62,922 nt of DNA, filler included, from Chiloscyllium plagiosum (GCF_004010195.1; 5 parts of one record of this genome joined end to end with filler, not necessarily neighbours in it); one strand, 5' to 3'; numbered from the whole stretch's first letter, positions 13,076 through 26,838 are shown. Made by a program: numbers and translations. Notes: generated by a model from the sequence alone, not told the origin.

Positions 13076-15399
13076 AATGCTGAAGGTCCTGCCTCATGGT
13101 GCTGAAGGAATTGGATCAAAAGGGAAGATGACCTTGTTTGTGGCTTGGAGACAATTCCTTCAGCAACACAGAAAGGCAAACTGAATGGGTAGAATTCACT
13201 ATTTAAGCCACTTTTGTATCTGTCTTTCAAATGACAGAAAATTGCAGGTGCCAGGAGTGTGCCTACGTTTTGCTTTCATTTTTGTTAAGCATGGAAAAAC
13301 CCTCAGGTAGGAAACCACACTCTGGGAAACGCAGAGTATAAGCAGAACCTGATGAAGCATCACTGATCTGGATAGTAATTCTCCTTCTTCCCACAGTTGT
13401 TGCCTGTCCTGCTGATTGTTTCAAGAATTTTCTGTTTTTATTTAAAAATTGGAACTGTTGAATTCAACAATGTTTTGCACTGTTAAAATAACTCTGAATA
13501 ATGGGCCTTACCAAATCCCACACTGCTCCTATTTCTACCTTAAAGAAATGCAATAACAGATGTTGGTCTTTCAACACTAGAATGGGGGGACTGCATCAAG
13601 TATTCTGTTGATATTGTTATTTTTAAATACTGCCTAGTACCCTTTGAAGAATGTTAATGTAACAAAATCGATCCAATACAATATATATATAAAACCATGT
13701 GCTAGTTTGACTCAGTTGACAGTATTGTCATCTGTGAGTTACGAGGTTGTGTATTGGAATCTCATACAAGGACTTGAGTCAAAGCAGAAGGGGAGAGAAA
13801 GCACTTACGCACAAGGGAAGAAATAACATTTCCTGTAAAATGCTTAACTAGAGAACAGGGAGTGTTTGAATGTTCTAAAATGATTGCAATACAAGACAAT
13901 AGAAGACGTATTGAGAGAAATGAAGATATGAATAGAAAATGTAATTGTGAATACAGCTGTTGAGGTAGTTTGAAATAGGAAGGTTAAAGACTAAAGTACA
14001 GAGAAACTGAAAAACAGTTCTTGGAGAGGAACCAAAGCAGACTGGCAGCAAGACTGAAAACAAAAACAAAAACTGCTGGAAACCACAGCAGGTCCGGCAG
14101 CATCCGTGGAGAGAGAGTAAGCTAACATCTTCATCAGAGCGGCAGCCCTTTCAACATTTCGCTCTAAATGCATGCCTCCTTGCTTTGGCACACAGTAGGA
14201 CTCCAGTATCAGAATATTCAGCACTAATTAGTGGCAAAATATTGTGCTGTGAGAGCTATAGCTATAGCACTTCAGTTAAATATTTACAAAGTGTTATCTT
14301 CCTGCTTGTTCAGGGAGATGTTGAAGACACCATGACACCATTTAAATCCAGTTTTTTCATCATTCTCTTCGGCAGTTGTCTGTACTTCAAAAAATAATTG
14401 ACTAACAAATCTCATGATCATGAAATATTGCAGGTGCAGAACAATTCCTCTATATTCTTACAGAGTATTTCTTGCCACATTTCAAAGTGGGTATTTCTTA
14501 AGATATATAAATATAAAGGGTGCTTTACAAATTGAAATAGTACGCAGTAGGCAGTGTAGTCATGATCGTTTTAATGATGTGTATAGTGAATGTGTGAAAT
14601 ACTTACATATACAGTAATTGTAACTATTGGTACAGTGCATTACTTGGAGGTGGATAGATTATATGATGATGAGATATTGGAGTTTTCATTTTCATCATGA
14701 ATAGTGAAAATACTAGGAGCAAACTGAGGTCCTCAATCATGCATCATTTAAGTTTGACTTAACTCTGATCTTCTGTATCGAATAATGTCACTAATATAGT
14801 TGGTTCTGAATAGTTCCATTCTCGTTGCACCATTTAAACTAATGGGGTCAGAATTGAATTATAGCTAATGTGGGTAAGCAAACACGTTCTCAAATAACAG
14901 TCAAAATTCTTCTATTGGTTTAAGCCAATCCAAGTTGCAGAAACATGCATGATAGCAGAACTGACTGGACATGAATTAGCTCCTCTGAAATTTGGGATCC
15001 CAGGATATATTTTATCTTTTCCATTCTGCAGATAGTAAGACAATGTGAGTATAGATATCTAAGATCCATTTGAAGAGGTGATTATATTAGGTGCCTTTGG
15101 AGGCAAAGGGTAAATCACCTTAGACATTTTGCAGTTAAGTTCGAGGGTGAACAGGGTGGACAAGTCTCATAAACTGCCATTGGGCCAGGAATCTGATGTG
15201 ACTGCTCCTTCCTGGAGCTTCCTCTAGAGCAGGAATGAAGCACAGGATTCCTTTGCATTCAATTGGGCTGTAATTAAGACTCTGTTGAGAAGCTAATTAT
15301 GAGATGCTGTCACCTTGAACCCTAGATTTCCCAGGCATTGAATCTTTTTCCTAACCTATCAACAACTCACTGGGGTCATGAAGATGACAGTGAAAAGAG

Positions 15400-16560
15400 C
15401 TTCTTCAGTGAGACTGAGAAATTGAGAAGATAGAAGTCAATTTTAGCCATGACCATTGAGATAGAACTGTCAAAAACACATCTTACCTTCAAAGATAACC
15501 TTAACAGCCTGAGAGGTGGTTGCCAACTTATTGGAAGGTGTTTCATCTGTCTAGCCTCCATCAGAACATGGAAGCATCTTGTGCAACCTCACCTTCCTGC
15601 AAAGTGACCAAAGCCATGTCTCACTGTTCCACCAGAACAGCAACAACATCAAAACTGTCTTTAGCTGCATGTTCCTGCCAGAGCACATGAGATAGACATT
15701 GAAATGGAACTGTAGACAGGCAAGATTTCCAACACAGGGCCTGTATGCAGAGGAAATCTTTACCAACATGTCTGAGCATCAATAGCTTAGGAGTCATGGG
15801 CTGTATCTGAGCACCAGTGACTCAGGACTCATTGGCTGTCTCTGAGCATCAGTAGCTCAAGAGTCGTGGGCTGTCTATAGAGATTTCTGCTTAGATCTTG
15901 GAGATGACCTCCTTTCCAAAACAGCAGTTGGGGAATGCATTTCCAGTTTCCAATTAGCAGCCTTTTGACCTGGCCCCTGTCTCTCAGCAAGTTGTATGTT
16001 CCCTTCTCCTGCAGAGAGAATAAACAAAGAGTTGTGAGTGTTCAGACAAACTAACATGGAGAAGACAAAGTGATACTCTTTGTGGAGGATGGCTGTGTGG
16101 TGACATGGCCATAGCTGAGGGTGAGCATTTGCGGTTTGGTCTTGGGATACAGGGGTGAGGTCCAGGACAGAGTGGAGTGAGTAGGTCTCCATAGTGTATG
16201 AACCTGAGGAGTGTTGTGTGGGGAATTTCTGGACAGGTCAGAGTGTTGGGCCTTTCTGTTATGCACCAATCCTGCCCTCCCAATTTCCTACATCCTCGGC
16301 ACACTACAATGAGGCCACATTGGAGGGACTACACTCCTGCGGCTGATTTCCTCGACTTCCACCCACACACAATTCATCTTTCATCCTTAGGCAGAAGTTC
16401 CCTTGGATTCAGCAGAAGGGAACCCCCAGGGTCTTGCAGAATGCCAAGGGGTAGGGAGAAGTGGGGAGAGCTGCCTTCTCAGATCCCCTCTTCATTTTGG
16501 GCCGTGTTGACTCTGATGCTGCCATATTGCTTTTCATTAGACAGAACTCTTTTGACAGAT
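15400..16560. mobile_element. Internally deleted PIF/Harbinger element (convergent transposase and Myb/SANT remnants)
   Basis: Minus strand about 16305-16365 reads WVEVEEISRRSVVPPMWPHC (Myb/SANT-like), with a CAG acceptor and EKGTYN second exon near 16009. Plus strand about 15735-15790 reads HRACMQRKS/NMSEHQ*LR, like a transposase N-terminus. Confidence 0.55.
15771..15876 (+). repeat. 3 x 35-bp diverged tandem repeat
   Basis: TCTGAGCA...GGCTGT units start at 15771, 15806 and 15841. Confidence 0.85.
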
Positions 16561-18414
16561 GCACGATGCAGGATCCCATCTGCCTTCTCTGAGCGATTAG
16601 AGAGACTGACAGCAGGAAACCAATTCCTTCAGTAGAAAGCAATGACTGGGAACAGTGTGCAGACAGGCTTCATTAACCAGGGACAGAGGCGGTTAAGATT
16701 ATCCCTGAAGAGCCAGCCCAAAACAAATCACCAAGTACACCAGGGTATTGTAGTCACAGGAAGCTTAATATTAAACCTGACAGTGTTTATTGGCCATTCC
16801 TAGCCTGTGAGGAATGTTCCCTGAAACGTGAAGAACCCATGGTCTGGATTTTACAGGTGCACAGCACCCCGTTCCACAGCAAAAATTGGGGATGGTGATC
16901 CACAGCAGGGAAGGGACCAACTTTTCATGTTTGAACATGAGATCTCCACCTCTTTCTCCGGAGTTGGCCCTCAGGCTGTCCAATAGCAGCTGAGTACTGC
17001 CAGAGTAGCTGTAGTAGCAGCTAACAGGATATCCGTATCTGCAACTAAAGTGAGTCCCCAGTGCTGGCAAGCCCAGGCAGGTCAGAGGTCACATTGACAG
17101 AACGAGGGGGTTCAGGGACAGGATCAATAGACCAGGGGATGGGTTGACCTTTCAAGGGGATGCTAAAGCTGCTCAGCTACTTCCATTGGAGTAGGTCTCC
17201 TGTGGCCCAGGTAGAATATCAGCAAGGAGGATAAGATCCAGATTAACTGGTCACCTAAGGGTCTCAATAATTCAATATTGGGCTCAATAACCTCAATAAG
17301 GGCTGCCTCTAGCTCTCTCCACCTCCCTGAAAATTTCAGGCAGCTCAAGGGCTGGGTTAGTAGGTGACAGGGGGCATCTACTCGCCTCCTGGCTTCAAAC
17401 CCAATCAGGGCAGCATCAACTCCAGCCTCACAAAGAGTACGGAAAAGCTGCAAACATGATTGTAACTTTTTATAAGCTACTGCACATGTGCAAAATGGGT
17501 TTATGGGCATTTGCTCCATCAATGCTGAATCCATTCTGCCTTATAAATTCATTCCAGTGAAACCAGCTTATATTACAGAATCACTTTTTATGGGAAATAC
17601 TGCAAGATAAATGGGACATGAGTGAAATTGCTAATTTAAGACCAACTGGTGCTGAATTAATGTCAATTTTATGTCAACTTCAATTTGATTGAGGCTCTTC
17701 AAACTCATTTCACTCACATCCATTAGCCTGAAATGAATTTAAAGATTTTCGTTGTGGTGAAGGGGCAGTGTTTTAATGTAGTCCATTTCCAATTAATCTT
17801 GTACCTGCAACTAAGTTTACCTGCTGAATTCTTCTATTACCAAAATATTCAAATGCCTTCAAGATTAATTTAAAAATATTTAGATCACCCAACATCTTAA
17901 ACAACAGTTTCAGGGAAACATATTTGCTTTCGGATTTTCTTCACGATTTTCTGGAAATTCTCAGTAATTTACAGGAAGCTTGTTTCTGTTCTAACCAGTG
18001 TGAGGAAGTATAAAACAATGGTCCAGCAAATTATAGTATACTGACACTCTTAGTTTGTACATAGACATCAATTTCAAATGGAAGTGACATTTCCCTCCAG
18101 TACTCATTCCTTCTCTATTCAAATCTTATTCGGTCAGTATATGGAAGAATCCCAAAAGTTAGCCGTGAAAGTTGAACAGCTCTTAAATTAATGGCAACTT
18201 TTTAGACCATGAAGCGTACTCAAAATTGAAAGGTCTGCTTTAAATTATCACCCAGGTTTATTGTTTTGAAATTAGGAATGTAAAGCAATTAAAACTGGAT
18301 TCTAAACTCATTCATTTGCACATTTTCCATTTGTAACATATATTGGCTTAAGTTAATTAAAGATTTTAAAATGTTAAATATTTTGTTGTATCCTTCTCCA
18401 TTTATTAAAAGGAG

Positions 18415-18785
18415 GAACTTGCATTTTCACAAAACTTTATTACTTGCTAAAAGCATCCTAAAATGTTTCATAATCAATCAATTATATTTTGTGAATTGTA
18501 CTTGCTATTGCGTCTGTGAAGTGCCTTGGACATTTTATTATATTTAAGGTATTATACAAATGTAAGATTTTACCTTGGCAGACAAAATGTATGCATTCAG
18601 GTTGCGCAAGAAACGAGTAGGTGAATGAATGTCTTTTCTTTATGAAGTTGGCTGAGAAGATCTTGGAGAGTCCTGCTGGAGAACATCTTGGCACACTTCG
18701 GACAATATCATGGATCATTTATTTACATAGTCCATTGCATCTGGCAGATGAAGCCTCAGCTCAACAACATTCAAACGATGGTGTG
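18415..18785 (-). mobile_element. Ancient Deu-domain-like SINE (SacSINE1/AmnSINE1-like)
   Basis: Decayed similarity to the Deu domain (CATGGATC...GGCAGATGAAGCCTCAG) plus an AACTTGCATTT tail, from recall of the consensus. Confidence 0.4.
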
Positions 18786-18974
18786 CCAAATGTTGGTTAA
18801 TTCAAGATTAATTGGCTTAACAATATGGCAGATCTGGGCTGAATTTGTAAAATTGAGAATGGAACTGTATGTTACAAAAAGGATCCAGCATATGTTTGAT
18901 TTGTTTTCCAGCGAATTAGGGGATAGAATATATTCATTGATTCTGAGCTGAAAATGTGATCCACTGTCTGAAAG

Positions 18975-19330
18975 GAGGTAGGGAGGTAGTGGTAATCTCA
19001 CTGAGCTAGTAATCCAAAGCCCCAGACAAATGTTCTGGAAATGTGGGTTCAAATTCTACTATCGCAGATGGTGCAATTTGAATTCAATTAAAACCTGGAA
19101 TTAAAAGTCACCTAATGTTGATTACAGAACAATTCTTGATGACCATTTTAAAAAGAAAATCTGGTTCACAAACATCTTTTAGGAAAGGCGATCTGTTGTC
19201 CTTCCCTGGTTTGGTCAACATGTGATTCGAGACCCACAGCAATGTGGTTGACTCTACCACCCTCTGGGTAATTAGGGATGGACAATAAAGCTGCTCTATC
19301 CAGAGATACCCACATCCCATGAATGAATGG
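18975..19330 (+). mobile_element. tRNA-derived SINE (same family as 9040-9375)
   Basis: Shared head GGTTCAAATT and body GTGA(C/T)TC...GACCCACAGCAATG. Confidence 0.7.
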
Positions 19331-19842
19331 ATTGAATATAATGTAAATTCTTGAACCTTCATTTATTCAATCTTAGTTACAATCGAGCTTTGGACCGGGA
19401 GGGAAGTCTCTGATAGAATAGAATACTCAGATGATCACCAGGTCAAACAAACATTGCTGACTCAACATTTTCTGGTGTTTTATGTTTTCTCTTAACTGTT
19501 ACATGCATCACATCAGCATCTCTAAGCAAGCCTCATCTGTCAGAGAATATTAAACATCTTTTACCTGAAACGTCGATTTTACTGCTCCTTGGATGCTGCC
19601 TGAACTGCTGTGCTCTTCCAGCACCACTAATCCAGAATCTGGTTTCCAGCATCTGCAGGCATTGTTTTTACCTAAAAATCTAGAAGTAAAGCTACAGTAA
19701 TATAACTTCAACTACTTGCCTTTCGTTTCTAATCAACTTGAATATTCCATAGAATACACGTAAATGTATTTCACAGCATGTTTATATAATAAAAGAACTC
19801 TCTATAACAATTCTGTAACAACCAAAACAAAATGCTCACAAT

Positions 19843-20704
19843 ATACTGGCTCAAAGGTAGAAGACAGAGGGTGGTGGTGGAGGGTTGTTTTTCAGGCTGG
19901 AGGCCTGTGACCAGTGGAGTGCCACAAGGATCGGTGCTGGGTCCTCTACTTTTTGTCATTTACATAAATGAATTGGATGCCAGCATAAGAGGTACAGTTA
20001 GTAAGTTTGCAGATGACACCAAAATTGGAGGTGTAGTGGACAGCGAAGAGGGTTACCTCAGATTACAACAGGATCTTGATCAGATGGGCCAATGGGCTGA
20101 GAAGTGGCAGATGGAGTTTAATTCAGATAAATGCGAGATGCTGCATTTTGGGAAAGCAAATCTTAGCAGGACTGATACACTTAATGGTGAGGTCCGAGGG
20201 AGTGTTGTTGAACAAAGAAACTTTGGAGTGCAGGTTCATAGCTCCTTGAAAGTGGTGTCGCAGGTAGATAGGATAGTGAAGAAGGTGTTTGATANNNNNN
20301 NNNNNNNNNNNNNNNNNNNNNNNNNNNNNNNNNNNNNNNNNNNNNNNNNNNNNNNNNNNNNNNNNNNNNNNNNNNNNNNNNNNNNNNNNNNNNNNNNNNN
20401 NNNNNNNNNNNNNNNNNNNNNNNNNNNNNNNNNNNNNNNNNNNNNNNNNNNNNNNNNNNNNNNNNNNNNNNNNNNNNNNNNNNNNNNNNNNNNNNNNNNN
20501 NNNNNNNNNNNNNNNNNNNNNNNNNNNNNNNNNNNNNNNNNNNNNNNNCATTTGGATGGGTATATGAATAGGAAGGGTTTGGAGGGATATGGGCCGGGTG
20601 CTGGCCGGTGGGACTAGATTGGGTTGGGATATCTGGTCGGCATGGACAAGTTGGACCGAAGGTTCTGCTTCCATACTGTTCATCTCCATGACTCTATGAC
20701 TCTA
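19843..20704 (+). mobile_element. CR1 LINE RT and 3' end (gap inside)
   Basis: ORF 19832-20617: SGVPQGSVLGPLLFVIYIN, KFADDTK, WQMEFNSDKC. Confidence 0.95.
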
Positions 20705-21711
20705 TATGCAGGCAACACTTGTACTCTCCATTTTGTCATACCATTTTTACCACGAAATGCACAAGGGAGTCAACATACAGAAGTAAAATGTTACCTAAGT
20801 ATAGGAATCGAGATCACATGTTCAATATTACTGACTATTAAATCTTTTTTCATTCGTCAATCTTAAATGGAATTAACTGTGTGTGGATTCCCAATTAGTT
20901 ACAAGTACTTCCAAATACATTATACAAAACTGACTAAATAATACATTAACTATTTTCAGGATAGCTTCCTAAATAGTTGAACAGCATTAAAGGGAAAGGA
21001 AACACTATGAACTTTTACTGCTGCATAATAAAATAATAGTATCAATGTGTGTGTTTTTTATAAAAAAGCATAATGTCTGAGGTATGACATTTGCTGCCAT
21101 TTTGCTATTTGGCTATTATAGCAGCTGGCAAGAGGATAGAAAATATCTTCAAGGTTTACAAAATTGTATCTTCTACTTAAACGTCAGTAAAGATTTGTGA
21201 AAATCAACTATATTTTTAGTTTATATAAATAAGTTTGGTTCATAACTCAACCTAACTGATAGATACCTGCAAAAGTTATACTTCAGATTTTCCCTAATAT
21301 GCCTACTTTATTAGTAGTTCATTTTGGGAATAAGATGATGAACATATGACTGTTTTTGATTTATATCACACAGAGGGGGAAAACAGAAAAGGCTTGTGAA
21401 TAAAATAAAGTCAGATGAAAGGCTGCAATGTGAGAAAAAACAGATTCACTTCCATGACAGTGCTGAAAAGAGTTGTGTTACACAGCCTCTACAGAAACAG
21501 AGTGCAGGTTATAAGTACCACAATACAGCAAGGGGCACTGCTGCTATTATAAAATCCAGAGCACCTGAGAATTCAGATTTGATTTACAATGCTATTTATT
21601 GGCAGATTCAAGGCGAGTCTGTGATTTTGAGGTATTACCGTATTTTCCTGTAAATAACGCAAATGTTTGAATTATTTAAAGCAACGTTTATATAAGGTGT
21701 AATTAATTTAC

Positions 21712-22020
21712 ATGGTGGCTCAGTGGTTAGCACTGCTGCCTCACAGTGCCAGTGACCCAGGTTTGATTCCTGCCTCAGGTGTCTGTCTGTGTGGAATCTG
21801 CACATTCTCCCTGTGTCTGTGTGGGTTTCCTCTGGGTGCTCCAGTTTCCTCCCACAATCCAAAGATATGCGGATTGCCCATGCTAAATTTCCCATAGTGT
21901 TAGGTGCATTAGTCAGGGGAAATGTAGAGAAATAAGGGAATGGGTCAGGGTGGGTTACTCTTCAGAGGGTTGGTGAGGACTTGTTGGGCCAAAGGGCCTA
22001 TTTCCACACTGTAGGAATTT
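21712..22020 (+). mobile_element. HE1-like V-SINE
   Basis: TGGCTCAGTGGTTAGCACTGCTGCCTCACAG head and same body as other copies. Confidence 0.85.
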
Positions 22021-22354
22021 TAAGTTATTATTAATGCAATAAAGCTGTCTTTGCAGATGATTTGTCTATCTACATTATCCATTGCCATCTTTAAACTGAG
22101 GGAATGATAATTTCTGGAAAGATAAGCAATGTTGGTTGGAAACAATTTACTCTGAACTTCTCATGTTGAAGATGACGCCTGTGATAGCCTGAGGTATTGG
22201 ATGAATGTATAATTATCTAGCTACTCTTTATTTAACAGTCAGGTAAACATTGGGTTAGTGGTATGATGAATCAAAAATGAAGCAATTGTCACACATCAAT
22301 ATATTCCAGATATAAATTTGATTACTTGCATTATAAAACTCTAGATTGTATTCA

Positions 22355-22562
22355 AAGTAACAAATATTGGAGATCACAGTGGGTCAGACAGCATCCATGA
22401 GCAAGCTAATGTTTCAAGTCCAGATGACTCTTCATCTAATGAGGAATCATCTAGATGTGAAAAATTAGCTTGCTCTCACTCCATGGCTGCTGTCTGACCT
22501 GCTGTGACCTCCAGCAGTTGTTGCTATGAGTTCAGATTCCAGCATCTGCAGTAATTTGTTCT
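22355..22562. mobile_element. Older fold-back PLE-tail element (family B-like)
   Basis: Imperfect inverted arms centred near 22437 (GGAGATCACAG...CAGACAGC / GCTGTCTG...CTGTGACCTCC). Confidence 0.55.
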
Positions 22563-24475
22563 TACATTTCGAGATTATACTCAGTTGTTTGAGAGAGTTC
22601 CTGAGAGTATTCTGCAGCCATATGTTAGTGTCAATTTGTTGTAACTATCTTCCTTATGATTAATACTTTCCATGAATAATAATTTAATGTCATGACATAA
22701 TTACGAGTGGAAAGTAAGCAGATTCTGCAGTAAATGGATGTGGAGATAGAAGTATTGATACTGTGATTATATCACCGGGCTGAATGGCCTGCCTCCACAC
22801 TGTAGGAATTCTATGACTTATTGTGTTAGTCTCATGGTCAGTGTAACTTTAAGAAACACACTCATACTATCATCACTAACATAGCATATCATTTGAAGTT
22901 AAAAATGTCTCAGCCACCACCTTATTTGGCATCACTTGGAATATGATATACTGTAATGAGCATGCTGTTCTGAGTGACCCAAATAGCTTAGTACAAGTCA
23001 AGTTGTGTATTTGCCTGTAAATGTAATGCTTGTATATGATAACTAGCATGAATAAGTGTCTGTTGGATTCTTTAAAACCACAATATTTCATTCCTTATGT
23101 TCTAAGGATAACGTAAGCATTTCTGAATCAGGTAAAATGACCTGTTGAGGGCAAACTCAGATCACCATTCAGAACTCAATTTCTGAGGTGGCAAAGGAGT
23201 AGATATCTTCCCAGTGCCAACCTTCTGATTAATTACCCTTCTCACCACCTTGCCTGCTGCCTCTTGGGAGAGGAGACTTCTGCCATATACGTCACTGTTG
23301 TAGGGTATTTAAATGTGAGAGATATGTGTGTCTAAGTTGCATAAATATCTGCTGCACAATGAGTTTCTCAAGTCTCAAACACTGAATATACATGTCAACC
23401 AGTTTGTATGTATTAGAGATTATGATGTTATATACACAAAGTGCATAGTACCAAAAGCAACAATTTGTCATTTTTCCTGTTACTGCACTGAAATGTACAA
23501 ACAATGTCTGATTTGATAACAAGGGGATAGCTGCTGTTCTGACATGATTGAGTATACTACACTTGCTGAACATTTGCCAAACCTATAGTATTGTTTGTTT
23601 CTGAGATACAATATAAAGGCACAGTTTAAATAACATTCAATAATACAATGACTTACCAAGCTGCTCCCTTCCTTTACTTTGAGGGGAAAAACAACAGGGA
23701 TGCACCTGTGCCACCTCCCTCTGTGGTGAAGAGAACAGCAGCAGCTTCATTCCAGGAGCATTGGATTGTTTCAGCTTTTAAACTGGTTTTCATTGGCTAA
23801 TACACAGCTTTTTGGCTGCATCCAATGCATTGTCTTCTTTAGATAGAAATGAAGTCACACATCAATGAGGTTGCAGGTATGAGGAAGATTCAAGTGTTTG
23901 AATAAAAAAGGAAAACGTATTTGTACTATTTTCAATCTGTATATAGATGTTAGCTCAAATTAGAAATCACCCACACATTGTGCATTACAAACAATATGTA
24001 GTCGTATTTTATTATCTGGAATATTGAAGAAATTCAATTGATAAAATTACTGAACAGTTTGAACTTTTCAACAACATCATTAGGAGGCTGTGGTTAGATT
24101 TCCTCTGGCTGTTTTCATCATGCATTACAGCAATCCTTCTTCGCAAATCTTGGAATGAAGTATCTTGCACTATTTACACTTGCAGGCCATCCCAATGCAA
24201 TTTACAACCAAAGAGGCACTTTCGATGTAGCCAGTGCTACAAAATTACTGACATAGAGGAATCTGTGTGCCACACAAGTTGGTGTTCTATTTAATTCTAG
24301 ACTCCCTATTACTTCTCATTTCATGAGTTGGATTGTATGTTTTGGAGTTGTATGATGGAGATAGAGCAGAAATGAATCTTCTGATCACTCCTCCCCTACC
24401 AGCAGAGACAGGGACAATTAGAAGCAAAAAGGGGACTCCACGTCCAATCAGAACTCAAGGCTGGGATGTCATGTA

Positions 24476-24684
24476 GTCACAGAGTGTGGTGCTGGAAGAG
24501 CACAGCCAATCAGGCAGCATCTAAGCAGGAGAATCGACATTTTTAACATTAGCTTTTCATCAGGAAAGCTTGTCCTCGAAACATCAACTCTCCTGATCCT
24601 CAGATGCTGCCTGACCTGCTGTGCTTTTCCAGCACTACACTCTTCGACTCTGATCTCCAGCATCTGCAGTGCTCACTTTCTCCT
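24476..24684. mobile_element. Fold-back PLE-tail element (family A), diverged
   Basis: Inverted arms. Flanking direct repeat CTGG(G/T)ATGTCATGT at about 24461-24474 and 24683-24696. Confidence 0.7.
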
Positions 24685-24831
24685 GGTATGTCATGTCGCA
24701 AAGGGTACTTCTATGTACAGACAGTCAATCACAGGCATAAGTTTAAAGGCCCTTGCTATCAGGGATCTATTTTGTGTGGGACATTCCTAATTTGTGATTT
24801 GAGAAAATGCCTCTTTTCTTTTATTGATATC

Positions 24832-24935
24832 AAAAATCACATGACACCAGGGTATAGTCCAACAGGTTTATTTGAAATCACAAGCTTTTGGAGCAGTGCT
24901 CCTTCGTGACCTGACAAAGGAGCAGCTCTGCACTT
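24832..24935 (-). mobile_element. PLE tail (family C)
   Basis: Reverse-complement homologue of 49950-50041, with stem GGAGC-ACT-GCTCC. Confidence 0.6.
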
Positions 24936-24952
24936 TGACTGTTCAGGAGTCC

Positions 24953-25208
24953 CATGGCGGCTCAGTGGTTAGCACTACTGCTTCACAACTGCAGGGACCT
25001 GGGTTTGATTCCAACTTTTTGTGACTGTCTGTGTGGAGTTTGTACATTCTCCCTGTGTCTGCATGGGGTGCAGGCTGGATCGATTGGCCATACTAATTTG
25101 CTCATTGTGTATAGGCTAGGTGAATTAGCCATGGGGATGCAGGTTCACAGGGTTGGGGTGGAATTGATGGACTGAATGGCTTGCTTCCACACTGAAAGAA
25201 TTCTATGA
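24953..25208 (+). mobile_element. HE1-like V-SINE, diverged
   Basis: Same head and tail as other copies. Confidence 0.75.
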
Positions 25209-25407
25209 TGATTAATGACACTCCTACAGTCAATGCTTTTTCCATATGCTATTCATGAACTTTGGTGATTGAGACAAATGATAAACTTTTGAATGACAAC
25301 AAAAATATTAAAAAATTAATAACTATCAGGATTAGTTAGCCTGAGTGCATTGGGGTGAGGTAGAAATTATTGGATATTGAGCTGTCGTTACAGGCTGGGA
25401 ATTTGCT

Positions 25408-25622
25408 TAAACAAAAACAGAATTTGCTGGAGAAACTCAGCAGATCTGGCAGCATATGTAGGGAGAAAGCAGACTCAACATTTCAAGTCCAGCGATGCTT
25501 CTTCGGAACTGACTCAAACCATTAATACTGTTCTCATGATATTCACTGCCAGATCTGTTGAGTTTCTCCAGCAATTTCTCCTTTTGTTTCAGATGTCCAG
25601 CATCTGCACTTCCTTGTTATGT
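25408..25622. mobile_element. Fold-back PLE-tail element (family B)
   Basis: Inverted arms TTGCTGGAGAAACTCAGCAGATCTGGCAG / CTGCCAGATCTGTTGAGTTTCTCCAGCAA. Confidence 0.65.
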
Positions 25623-25679
25623 GTTATGGCAATTTACTAATAAAGGTTCCCAGATTCCAAAGCCTCACATTTAATTTTC

Positions 25680-26838
25680 CAATTTTTGTGTTTAAACCCT
25701 AAAGGGAAGCTAGGGTCCTGAACTTTAAGAAAGCTAACTTTGATAGAATGGGACGTGCATTGACTAGGATAACCTGGCCAAGTATACTTAAGGGGTTGAC
25801 AGTAGTTAGGCAATGCAGACATTTAAAGGTCATATGGATGAACTTCAGCAATTGTACATCACTGTCTATTGTACCAGTAAAACAGGGAAGGTGGCTAAAC
25901 CATGGCTAACAAGGGAAATCAGAAACAGTGTTAAAGCCAAAGAGAAGGCATATAAATCAGCCAGGGAAAGCAGCAAACCCAAGGACTGGGAGAAATTTAA
26001 AGTTCAGCAGAGGAGGACAAAGAGTTTAATTTGGAAAGGGAAAATAGAATATGAAAGTAAGCTTGCAGAAACATAAAAACTGACTGCAAAAGCTTCTATA
26101 GATATGCGAAGAGAAAAAAACTGGTGAAGACAAATGTAGGTCCCTTGCAGTTAGAATCAGGTGAATTCATAATGCACAACAAAGAGAGGGCACACCAGTT
26201 GAACAAATACTTTGGATCTGTCTTCACTAAGGAAAACTCAAATAATCTTCAGGAAATGCTACGGGATAGAGGGTCAAGCATGAGGGAGGAACTGAAGGAA
26301 ATCCTTATTAGTTAGGAAATGGTACTGGGGAAACTGCTGGGACTAAAACCCAAAAAGTCCCCAGGGCCTGATGCTCAACATCCAAGAGTACTGAAGGAAG
26401 TGGCCCTAGAAATAGTGGATGCAATGGTGATCATTTTCCAGTATTCTGTAGACTCTGGAAGAGTTCTAATGGACTGGATGGTATCTAATGTAACCCCATT
26501 CTTTAAAAAATGAGGGAGAGATAAAATGGGGATTATAGGCCGGTTAGCCTGACATTGACTCCAGCATTTTCCCCACAACCAATCATTAAGGATGTAATAA
26601 CTAAACATTTGGAAAGCAGTGACAGAATCGGTCCTCGTCAGCATGGATTCACTAAAGGGAAATCATGCTTGACGGATCTTCCAGAATTTTATTTGAGCAC
26701 GTGACCAGTAAAGTAGACGATGGTGAATCAGTAGGTGTTGTGTATTTGTATTTGACAAGGTTCCACTCACAAGATTAGTCAGGAAAATTAAAGCTCATGA
26801 TATTGGAGGTAATGTATTGACACGGATACAGAACTGGA
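25680..26838 (+). mobile_element. CR1 LINE ORF2 internal fragment
   Basis: KSPGPD...HPRVLKEVALEI, QHGFTKGKSCLT. Highly similar to 39594-40616. Confidence 0.92.

Noticed and set aside
17163..17534. 123-aa ORF as a novel gene
   Set aside because: No recognisable domain or splice context. It lies in probable DNA-transposon-derived sequence.
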